This document shows, piece after piece, positions 1 to 11,215 of a stretch of 64,000 nucleotides of DNA. The stretch is from assembly GCA_964016885.1 (NCBI GenBank), contig OZ024749.1:6944001-7008000 (forward strand), in the 5' to 3' direction. The notes below the pieces were generated by a model, which saw only the letters and a list, made by a program, of their open reading frames with translations, did not search any database and was not told where the DNA came from. Numbering within the stretch: position 1 is the stretch's first letter; each line of letters opens with the position of its first letter. Source of the DNA: Eledone cirrhosa (taxonomy: Eukaryota). The position numbers were made by a program, and so were the translations under genes.

Positions 1-95
1 ATGAGCAAGACACAGTCACCTGACCTAACTTGCCTCTAATGGGACAACCTGTCTAACCCATGCTAGCATTGAAAATAGACGTTAACCGATGAAGA
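1..95 (+). mobile_element. 3' end remnant of RTE LINE
   Basis: gtctaacccatgctagc...gacgttaaccgatga followed by (TA)n; matches the 3' end of the RTE at 13130-13240. Confidence 0.75.
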
Positions 96-172
96 TTATA
101 TATATATACATATATATATACATAAATAGTAAAATAGAAAATTTCACTCTAAATGGCTGATTACAATAAATG

Positions 173-469
173 TAATCTGAGTTTTTCGAATATTAATAAT
201 AACATTCGATTCGTTTGCAATTATGCAACAGTCACTGTGTATTTTTGAAAATAGCATATATTTTCACTAGCTCTGACAGTTTGGGAGGAGAACAGTGAGC
301 TGTACTGATGAAGGGTGATACCCAGAAACATTAGTGTCTGCAGTTCTGTTCGCATGCCAACATAAGAGCAAATATGAAGTGTTCATTCTACTGACATGGC
401 TATAAAATTTAGGCTTGTTTGCAAAATTGCAAACGAATCGAATGATATTAATATTCGAAAAATTCAGAT

Positions 470-471
<2 letters not shown>
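173..471. repeat. Inverted repeat (~50 bp arms) enclosing the hammerhead motif
   Basis: taatctgagtttttcgaatattaat...cgtttgcaatt (173-222) is the reverse complement of aattgcaaacgaatcg...aattcagatta (~428-471); element flanked by (TA)n. Confidence 0.85.
290..351 (+). ncRNA. Putative type I hammerhead ribozyme motif (Penelope-like/retrozyme-type)
   Basis: gagctgta-CTGATGA(305-311)-aGGGTgatACCCa-GAAAC(325)-attagt-GTC(336-338)-tgcagttc; stem I pairs with two G-U, stem III is ACA/TGT. Confidence 0.65.
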
Positions 472-498
<27 letters not shown>

Positions 499-505
<7 letters not shown>

Positions 506-725
506 ATTAAAAAAATAATGAATAAAACAATGAAACAGTTCCTTATATTAAACAAAAAAAGTTCATTATTTAACGATCGTTTCTAGGACATATATGTGTT
601 AGAATTGGCATAATGCCAATTCTAACACATATATGTCCTAGAAACGATCGTTAAATAATGAACTTTTTTTGTTTAATATAAGGAACTGTTTCATTGTTTT
701 ATTCATTATTTTTTTAATACTTTAT
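499..725. repeat. Perfect palindrome, ~113 bp arms, 1-nt spacer at 612
   Basis: Arms compared by eye: ataaagtatt...gaattggcat A atgccaattc...aatactttat. Confidence 0.95.
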
Positions 726-1206
726 CTTGACTCTGTATTCCGTTTATCTTTCACCGAAAGTGATTTTGAATGCATCTCTTCTTTCCATGATATCCGGATT
801 ACATTGAGTTCTTCATACGGATTGGACACTACCGTAAACTCTTGGTAGATTTATCTACATATATATATATATATATATAAATAGAGAGAGAGAGAGATCT
901 ATAATTTGTTGTGCTCAATTGAACATAGATTTTATTGTTTTAGCCTTGAGTGTATATTTCATTAGTCACACCTTCAACTTGCATTTCATTAGATTATATA
1001 CATACGCACATACACAAAAATATACATATATATTATATATATAATATACATAACATATATATTAAATATATATTATTCATATAACATATATATCAAATAT
1101 ATATAACATATATATTAAATATATATATTATATAGTATATATATATAACATATATATTAAATACATATAACACACATACACATATATACATATATATATA
1201 TATATA

Positions 1207-1440
1207 AATAGGAAAACGTATGACCCCGACGGCAGAGCTCAAGCCGTTTCGACGGCTATTTCTGGACTAAATTAGAATTTTTCATTAAAATTCTAATTTA
1301 ATCCAGAAATAGCCGTCGAAACGGCTTGAGCTCTGCCGTCGGGGTCATACTTTTTCCTATTACCCACTCTACTACCCTAAGTATTGAGTACTCTGGTGCG
1401 TTATGGTACATCTGGTTCCTTACCACAACTCCTTCGTTAT
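1207..1440 (+). mobile_element. Short fold-back element (palindrome 1207-1361 plus unique tail) in (TA)n
   Basis: Near-perfect palindrome centred ~1284; second copy in opposite orientation at 38211-38406. Confidence 0.85.
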
Positions 1441-1499
1441 ATATATATCATCATCGTCCTCCTTATCATCATCATTTTACGTCCGCTTTTCCCTGCTTG

Positions 1500-1534
<35 letters not shown>

Positions 1535-1620
1535 GATCTATGTACAAAATTATACAAAATTATACAAACTATCAAGATTAATTTTGTACATAGATCTGTT
1601 GAATATGCATGCCAATTCTA

Positions 1621-1670
<50 letters not shown>

Positions 1671-2007
1671 AATAAACTCTGCTAACCTTATTTTAAATAT
1701 AATCATTATTTAAGCTTTCATGTAAATTCTGTGAACAGTAAAGTATATAAAATAGAGCAAGAAAGCACCAATGACTACAACAAAGTTATTAGTTCTAATC
1801 TAACAATCAAAGGGATTCTTAGTTACCTTTTGACTTAGAGACTCTTTTTTGTCTCTGTTAAGTTGGCTTATTTTTTGTCTGTTTTATTGTTTTCTATGAA
1901 AATGTCGATTATTGTCACATTATCTATGTTTACTTACAGTAATTATACTTATTATTTCTCAAATTAAAAAACGGAGAACAGTAAATTTCCTCTCTTTTAA
2001 TTGTTGT

Positions 2008-2038
<31 letters not shown>

Positions 2039-2944
2039 CACTGTGTCATTTGTTTTGTTATTTCTGTTTAATTTCTATACACACACAGATACAAATATAT
2101 ATGTGTATATATATATATATTTATGTATTTATATATATAAATATATATATATATACTTACACCACAAACACACACTCCTGTTTGTATATATATATGCAAT
2201 TATATATATATATATACTTACACCCCAAACACGCACACACACACACAGATGTATGTCGATACATATACAAACAGATCTACACAATCATATACATATGTAT
2301 ATATGTATATATACATATATATATATGAGAGAAACAGATACATACACACATAAACAATGACATACACACAGTGACACATGCACAAACAGTAGCACATAAT
2401 CATATAGCGACATACACACACATACATAGCGACATACACACACAAATAAAATAATTAATGCAGTCACTTTCTCTTTACTCATTCTTTCCGTCTCCCTCAC
2501 CCCCCTTAATATATATTTTTATATAATTATATTAACAAAATCTTCCATTATTGATCACTAACCATTTAACTCGTCTGATTGATCTTTTTTTTTTCCGGTT
2601 AAAAATGGTGCCAAAAATTATGGTATATTTGTGATATATATCTTTTCCTCATAGCTTCAGTAATACTAATATCGTTGTCTGTGTTTTTAACTGATTTTTT
2701 ACCAAACTCACTTCTGCCGATAATAGAGACCAGTTCAGTTATCAATGAATTCTAACGATTGTATTCTCCTTGCTCGTTAATTTTTTTTTATTATTAAACT
2801 ATATATACCATACAGCATCGTTTTGATGTCCATTTTTCCATGCTGGCATGGGTTGGACAAGATGCTTTGAGACAATATTTTACAGAGCCAGATGTTCTTC
2901 CTGACACCAACCCTTTTAGTTACCTCACATATCTATTCTACAAT

Positions 2945-3520
2945 CCACGATAGATATATTTAGTGGGGGAACCCAGGAAGACCTGGGATGAGGTGATAAA
3001 AGCTGACCTTGCCTAATTGCACCTCTCAAAGGCAATGACACAGGACCGAGATCTCTGGTGTTATGCAGTAATACAGAAGACCCAACTCGCCACAGGCACA
3101 GGCCAAAACTGAAGCATATATGCTGTATACACCACCCCATCTTCCCATAGATATCCCCTCGAGGGTAGTACAAAGTATACATCCAGCGAAGCCTGCAGCC
3201 CACACTGTAAAGTGGTCATGATGGTGACATGGCAAAAATCGCCCAACCCACACTGTAAAATGGTTGTATAGGTGTCATGACAAAAATCACCCAGTCCACA
3301 CTGTAAAGTGGTCATGTAGGTTTCACGACAAAAAGCACGTGGTACTCACTGTAAATGAGGTTGGTGTTAGGAAGGGTATCCAGCTGTAGAAATCAAGCCA
3401 AAATCAGTTCTGTATGAGCAAGACATGGTCACCTGACCTAGCATTGATCACAACAGGACAACTCGTCTAATCCATGCTAAAGTGGAAAAATGGACATTAA
3501 AATGGAGATGATGATGATAT
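2945..3520 (+). mobile_element. RTE LINE 3' fragment (end of ORF, 3'UTR, (GAT)n tail)
   Basis: acccaggaagacctgggatgaggtgataaaagctgac (PRKTWDEVIKAD) and a 3'UTR matching 12800-13240. Confidence 0.85.
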
Positions 3521-3810
3521 GTCATCACCATCATCATTGTTTTAACATTCACTTTCCTCACTATCAAGGGTTGGATGGGTCTACATAAACCAAGTCAGGA
3601 CTGAAGCAGTAGCTGCAGATCTCACATGCTTGGCAACACTGGATGATGGATTCTGGTGAAGTGGATGGACGGATGGATGCGTGAATGGTGTGATAATTAA
3701 GGGAGATATTATCAGGGACACCATTTGCAGGGAAATCAAACAGTAAGTTCGGTAGTAACACAGTCTAGTGAACCAAGAATTTCTAACAAAAAAGTTAACA
3801 AATAACTTGC

Positions 3811-3971
3811 TTGCCATATTAAATGTGTTAGGACTAAGTTCCTCATTGTTAGATGTAGTTGAGCACTTCTGTATGATTCTGTTATGAACACTGCACCAAA
3901 ACTATTGATAAGTACTTGACTAGGGTCGAAGTCTATTGACTTCACACTTCCTCTTCTAGTCTGCTCTAGTA
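3811..3971 (-). CDS. Candidate host-gene exon (LEQTRRGSVKSIDFDPSQVLINSFGAVFITESYRSAQLHLTMRNLVLTHLIWQ)
   Basis: Acceptor ttatctcccattag, open non-repetitive frame, phase-1 start; donor would be GC-type (gcaagt), so the 3' boundary is uncertain. Confidence 0.45.
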
Positions 3972-4146
3972 CTAATGGGAGATAATAATAATTTCTTCTT
4001 TATTGATATTAACAATAACAACAACAACAACAACGATAACAACAATAACAACAAGAATGTATTGTGTCTGCAGTTTAAAAAGTGCAAATATATCAGGTTG
4101 ATATTAAACTCCTTGCAAGCACAAAATAAAAAATAAAAAATGAAAA

Positions 4147-4178
<32 letters not shown>

Positions 4179-4617
4179 AATGATAATAAATAAAATATAA
4201 TAATAATAGCAACAATACTAATAATAATAATAATAATAAAAATATTTTCTTTTTACAATGAGAGTAAATAGAATTAGTTATCAGAAATTGATAAGAATTG
4301 ATTACACTTGTAAAATCATAGGGCTTTGTTGTTTTTGTTGTTGTTGTTGTTGTTGTTGTTAGAGACACACAAAGTTAAAAAATTTATTTATTTATTTCAT
4401 TTTATTTTTATAAATATATATTAATGTCTCAGCAAATATTTCTGTTTTTCACTTAAAATACAAACATTTATTAAATTTTGTTTCACATAAAGTGGAGGCA
4501 GGGAATGTTTTTTTTCAGAGGTGGTCTTTGATGGAAAGATGACTAGATAACTATAGAGACAGACAGACATAATTTGAGAGACAAGTATATAAATATATAT
4601 ATGTATGTATATATATA

Positions 4618-4998
4618 TCATCATCATTTTACGTGCACTTTTTCCTGCCTGCAAGGGTGGGACGGGAACTGATTCTGGCTTGATTTCTACAGCTGGATGC
4701 CCTTCCTAACACGAACCTCATTTACAGTGAGTGCTGGGTGCTTTTTTGCCGTGGCGCCTACACGTCCACTTTACAGTGAGCGCTGGGTGCTTTTTTGCCG
4801 TGGCACCTCCATGACCACTTTGCAGTGGAATGATAGGGACCCCAGTCCCTATTACCTCATTTCTACAGCTGAGTGAACTGGAGCAATGTGAAATAAAGTG
4901 TCTTGTTCAAGGAAACAACACATCACCCGGTCTGAGAATTGAACTCACAACCTTTCGATTGCAAGGCCAATGTTCTAACCACTGATCCATGTGCCTCC
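4618..4998 (-). mobile_element. tRNA-derived SINE family A with RTE-type 3' tail
   Basis: A box agtggttaga, B box gagttcaattct, CORE-like ccttga(g/a)caagacactt, tail shared with RTE 3'UTR, ends in (GAT)n. Confidence 0.9.
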
Positions 4999-5138
<140 letters not shown>

Positions 5139-5141
5139 TAA

Positions 5142-5462
5142 TGGAGGCACATGGTTAGAGCATTGGCCTTGCAATCGAAAGGTTGTGAGTTCAATTCTCA
5201 GACCGGGTGATGTGTTGTTTCCTTGAGCAAGACACTTTATTTCACATTGCTCCAGTTTACTCAGCTGTAGAAATGAGATGATAGGGACTGAGGTCCTTAT
5301 CATTCCACTGTAAAGTGGTCGTGCAGGTGCCACGGCAAAAAAGCACCCAGCACTCACTGTAAATGAGGTTGGTGTTAGGAAGGGCATCCAGCCAGAATCA
5401 GTTCACGTCCCACCCTTGCAAGCAGGGAAAAAGCGGACGTAAAATGAAATGATGAATGATGA
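5142..5462 (+). mobile_element. SINE family A
   Basis: Inverted near-copy of 4618-4998. Confidence 0.9.
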
Positions 5463-6246
5463 TCATATATCATCATCATCGTTTAATGTCTATCTTCCAC
5501 CACATCATTTCAGTTTAACGTCAATTTTTCCACGCTTGCATGAGTTAGACGGGTCGTCCACGCCGCCAGGAAGCAAGTCTGGTCAGGGTTGGCCATGTGT
5601 CGCACCTTGCTCCGGTGGGGACTGTAAATTTGGCTGGCCATTTTACAGCTGGATGCCCTTCCTAACACCAACCACGTTTACAGTGTGGGACTGAATGGCT
5701 CCATTATGACAAGGGACAGGCCAGTTGGCTGCGCTGAATCCATCTCACAATGGAGCCATGTTTTTGGTGCCCAACCTATCACACAGTGGAAACATAGTTT
5801 CAGAGCCCGGGACTGGATGGCACTGATATGAGGTGCCCTAATCATTCTCACAGTGCAGTCACAGCTTTGAGGCCTGGTACTGGGTGTCACCGCTAAGAGG
5901 TGGGGTGGCCAGTTGGCCACATGAGACCCAAAACCCATCACACAACATTACCACAGTTACCAGGCTGGGTACTGCATAACACTGCTAATACACAAATGAA
6001 CCACAATAAGGTTCCCTCTATTTAGCTGCTATTTCTAGCACACCATGAGTTTCCCCTCATATATTTATATAGATATACATACATATATATATAATATATA
6101 TATATATGTATATAATATATATATGTATATAGTATGTATATGTATAATCTATATACATATATATATATAAAATATCATCATCATCATCGTCGTTTAACGT
6201 CCATCTTCCGCACTATCATGGGTTGGACAGGTTTATATATATATAA

Positions 6247-6501
6247 GGAGGCACATGGCTTAGTGGTTAGAGCATTGGCCTTGCAATCGAAAGGTTGTGA
6301 GTTCAATTCTCAGACCGGGTGATGTGTTGTTTCCTTGAGCAAGACACTTTATTTCACATTGCTCCAGTTTACTCAGCTGTAGAAATGAGATGATAGGGAC
6401 TGGGGTTCATATCATTCCACTGCAAAGTAGCCGTGCAGGTGCCACGGCAAAAAAGCACCCAGCACTCACTGTAAATGAGGTTGGTGTTAGGAAGCGCATC
6501 C
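6247..6501 (+). mobile_element. SINE family A, 3'-truncated
   Basis: Complete tRNA-like head; stops at aggaagcgcatcc. Confidence 0.88.
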
Positions 6502-6952
6502 ACTTTCATAACCTGATCCATCAGTTTTATACACCTATAACTGCTCCTCCCCAGAGCATCCCCTTTACCTTTGTAGATTTTTATGAGAATACTGCTGCAC
6601 CAGTCTTTGGGTATGACACCACCATATATAGCCTGATTGATGATGCGTGCAACCAGTTTAGTGCCTACGTCCCCTGATGCCTTCAGCATCTCAGCAACTA
6701 TCCCCGACGGTCCAGCAGCCTTCGCATTTTTCATTTCCTTAATCGCTTCTTGGACCCTATATTCGTCAATCTCAATAGCTGGTCCCTCTGTAGGGTCTAC
6801 TGAGGGTAATTTCTCTCTCTCCCATTCGTTCTCCACATTCATCAGGCTCTCATAATGACATTTCCAGACCTCCTCTATCTGATCATTCATGACACTAAGT
6901 ACACCGGCATCATCCCGGACACATTTATCTCCAACAACATCATGATTTGGAG
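6502..6952 (-). mobile_element. Internal RTE ORF fragment (subfamily of 48690-51890)
   Basis: [15 protein letters not shown]...QAIYGGVIPKDWC...YRCIKLMDQVMKV. Confidence 0.9.
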
Positions 6953-7414
6953 ATATATATATATATATATATATTTCTAAAGAAACACGGTTTTAGGAAG
7001 CCGTAGCTATACAAACACCGGGGCTAACGCCCTCTGGTGGTGTCCAGCAGAAGCAAGGGGGACAACTGTCTATACATTTCAGGCTTGACTGACCTTCAGG
7101 ATGGTCCCTCCCACCGCTTGCGACTGCTGGACTTGAAAACAGTTGAGAATACATAGTTTTCTCGTCTGTGTAAATGAGGTGATTAATCTCATTTGCATAT
7201 AAAGCTAGCAAAATCCTATTTCTATTCTATTATAAGTTGAGCCAACTTATGCATCTTCATATGCAAATGAGCGGGGGTGGGAGGGTGGGGAGGGAAGGGG
7301 GCTGGAGAGAGAAGTGGGGGAGGAGGAGAAGCAAATATAGAAATGAACTCTAGATAAGTTTTCATTAATTTAATTATCATTGTCATTTTTCCACTCTCGT
7401 TAACACTAGAGCAG

Positions 7415-8435
7415 GAACAACAACAACAGCTACGACAACAACAACATTATCACAGCAACAATGCCAACAACAACAACATTATCACACCAACAATGCCAAC
7501 AAGACTGCCAGCAAACAAACAACAATGTTAACAACAACAACAACGCCAGCAACAACAACAGCAACATTATCACAGCAACAATGCCAACAACAACAACTAC
7601 AACAACAACATTATCACAGCAACAACAACAGCACCAGCAGCAACAACATAGTGACAACACCATAAAAAACAACAGCCTCACAACACCACCATGACCATCA
7701 ACACCACTACCTAACAACCACCACCTAGTCTACATCAACAACAACAGCAACAATGCCAACTCCACCACCACCATCACCATCACCAACACCACGACAAATA
7801 CCTTACCATCAACGCCATCAGTACCACACCACCACTGCCACCAATGCCATCACACCACACCATTAATATCACACCATCAACACTACCACTACCACCACAC
7901 CACCACCATCAATGCCACCACCACCACCACCATCATCAATAACAACAATACTACCACAACACCATTAATACTCCTACCTCCAGCATCAACACCAACACTA
8001 CCACACCACACCACACCACACCACCACTATCATCCTCACCTTCACACCATGTCACTACCACTACCACCCCCACCTCACCCCCACCACCATAACCATCACA
8101 CCGTCACCACAACCACCGCAACCATTACACCAACATCACACCATCACCACCGCAACAACAACAACCACCAACACCACCAATACCACCACCACCATCACGA
8201 CCATTACACCAACATCACACCATCACCACCACCACCACCACCATAACACTGTCACCACCACAACAACATCACACCATCACCACTACCACCACAACAACAT
8301 CACACCATCACCACTACAACAACATCACACCATCACCACAACCACCACCACCACCATAACACTGTCACCACCACCACAACATCACACCACCACCACAACA
8401 TCACACCATCACCACTACCACCACAACAACAACAA
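7415..8435. repeat. Degenerate (CAA)n/(CAC)n low-complexity tract
   Basis: Trinucleotide composition. Confidence 0.9.
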
Positions 8436-8563
8436 TATATACACATTTTATAAACCTATTTTAAAACATTATATTCAGATTCAAAGCAACATTTAAAAAA
8501 AACAAAACCTTTGACTATTGTTGCATAACTCCATTGTATTTTCCTTGCCAAATATATAACAGT

Positions 8564-8607
<44 letters not shown>

Positions 8608-8611
<4 letters not shown>

Positions 8612-11043
8612 TCATCATCATCATCATCATCAGGTTTAGCGTCCGTGTTCCACGCTTGCATGGGTTTGGACGGGGGTTTTCCCACTTGAGGCAAGAGTGG
8701 TTGTCTTGCTCGCATAGGACTGTCTGGCGGGTTTTCTACAGTTGGATGCCCTTCCTAACACCAACCACATTTACAGTGTGGGGCTGGGAGGTTTTTACCG
8801 TGTTGCCTACACGGCCACATTACAGCGTGGACTGTCTGGCGGGTTTTCTACAGCTGGATGCCCTTCCTAACACCAACCACATTTACAGTGTGGGGCTGGG
8901 AGGTTTTTACCGTGTTGCCTACACGGCCACATTTACAGCGTGGACTGTGTGTTTTTTGTCGTGACACCTACACGATCTCATTTGTTTCGGCCTGGATGTT
9001 GTGGGACCAACATAACTTTACATTGAAAGGGGCGGTGTGGGTGGGGTGGAGGTGGTGGGACGGGGGTGTGTTTTGATAGAGATGCCTACTGACTGTAGTA
9101 GGTTTTTACTTTGTATTTAGGTAAGGCGGGTCTTCTCTATTACTGAGTACCGCCAAAGGTCTCGGTCCAGTGACATTGTCTTGGAGAGGTGTAAGCGTGT
9201 GAGGTCGGAATTTATCAGCTCGTCCCATGTTTTTCTGGGTCTGCCTACTCCGTGGCTACCGTCTATCTTTATTGCCCTGCACTTCGTTATACAGCTGTCG
9301 TCTTTCATGCGCATCACGTGACCGTACCAACGTAGCCTTCTCTCGAGTAAACAACATCTGATCCCTCTTATTTCTAATTTTTTCCTTAGTTCGTTTATGC
9401 TTTGCCGTTCACGTATATTACTATTGCACATCCAGCGGAGCATGCAAGCTTCGTTCCTCTCTAGTCTGCGTATATCCTCTGCACACAATGCCCAGGTCTC
9501 ACTGCCATGCAGCATTGCTGTTCGTATGCAGGCATCGTATAACCTGCCTTTCATTTTTAGGGAGAACCCTCTAGCGGCTAATAGTGGTATAAGCTCTCTG
9601 AACTTTTTCCATCCAGTTCTGACTCTAGCTACTGTACTTTCAGAGCACCCTCCCCCACTGCTGATTTTGTCACCCAGATAACGGAAGCTGTCCACTATTT
9701 CTATAGACCCCTCTGCGCAGTTGAAGGAGCTAGTATTTTGTGGGCACTTGCTGCTACTTATTGCACCAGAGCACCGGCCACATGTAAAATCTATGTTCTT
9801 AGTTAGCTTACCTGTGATCCCACTACATCTTTTATGCACCCATACTTTGCATTTGGGACATAAAATGGAGTTTCTACCTACGCCTTTCCTACACACTGAG
9901 CATGGCCATTTCCCCGATGGGACCGCCGCCTTATTTTCTTTCCTACAAACTAGAACTTTAGTCTTAGCCAGGTTAATTTTAAGGCCTTTTGATTCTAGGC
10001 CGTGCTTCCACGTTTGGAATTTCTTCTCTAGTTCGGTCATTGATTCAGCTATGAGCGTTAGATCATCTGCGTATAGGAGTTCCCATGGGCAGCCGGTCTT
10101 GAACTCCTCTGTTATAGCCTGGAGGGCAATAATAAATAGTAGGGGGCTAAGAACAGAGCCCTGATGGACACCAACTTTTACGCTAAACTCTTCACTATAT
10201 TCGTTGTTAATTCTAACCTTACTGACTATTTCTTTATACATGGCTTGTATAGCTCTCACAAGCCATTCGTCAACACCTAGTTTTCTAAGAGACCACCAGA
10301 TAATGGAACGGGGGACTCTGTCGAAGGCTTTCTCCAAGTCGACGAAAGCTAAGTATAGGGGTTTACTTTTAGCTAGGTACTTCTCCTGTAGTTGTCGTAC
10401 AATGAAAAGAGCGTCTGTGGTACTTTTGCCTGACACAAACCCGAACTGCATTTCATCTAGATCAATTCTCTCTCTGATTAGTTGCGCTATTACTTTTTCC
10501 GTGACCTTCATGACCTGGTCGATTAATTTAATGCCTCTATAGTTACTCTTATCTAGGGCATCTCCTTTTCCCTTATAGCAGTTAACGATGATGCTGCTAT
10601 GCCATTCCTTCGGAACAACCCCATTCTGTACGACTTGGTTAACTATCCGGGTGACCATGGTGTGTCCCACCGAACCAGATGCCTTCAGCATCTCAGCAAC
10701 TATTTCCGAAGGCCCAGCCGCCTTACCCGTCTTCATATCTTTGATTGCCTTACTTATTATACTACCTTCAACTAACACTGCTGGTCCCTCTATTGGATCG
10801 ATCTGGGGGAGACTGTCTTTCTCCCATTTGTTCTCCTCATTTAGAAGCCTTTCGTAGTGACACTTCCAAGCTACCTTCTTATCAGCGTCGGTGATGGCAA
10901 GTATGCCATCATCGTTAAGTACACACTTCTCCCCGACAATATCACGGTTTTCCTTGACACATTGCCTGGCAATCCTGAACACCTCACGTTGTAGAACATG
11001 CTTGAACTTTCTTTCCTCTGCTTCCCTTCTTGCGAAGTACACT
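8608..11043 (-). mobile_element. RTE-clade LINE, 5'-truncated, uninterrupted RT ORF (9117-~11040) with PHD-like insert
   Basis: [60 protein letters not shown]; (GAT)n tail; ~112-bp tandem duplication in the 3'UTR; both ends abut (TA)n. Confidence 0.97.
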
Positions 11044-11149
11044 ATATATATGTATATATAACACATATATATATATATATATATGTATATAAATATGTAT
11101 GTGTGTATATGTATATATATATGTATATAAATATGTATGTGTATATATG

Positions 11150-11184
<35 letters not shown>

Positions 11185-11215
11185 ATATAAATATGTATGT
11201 GTGTGTATATATATA

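Noticed and set aside
7040-7115. Minus-strand hammerhead-like cCTGAAGG...GAAA
   Set aside because: Core incomplete and no valid NUH; at best a heavily decayed relative
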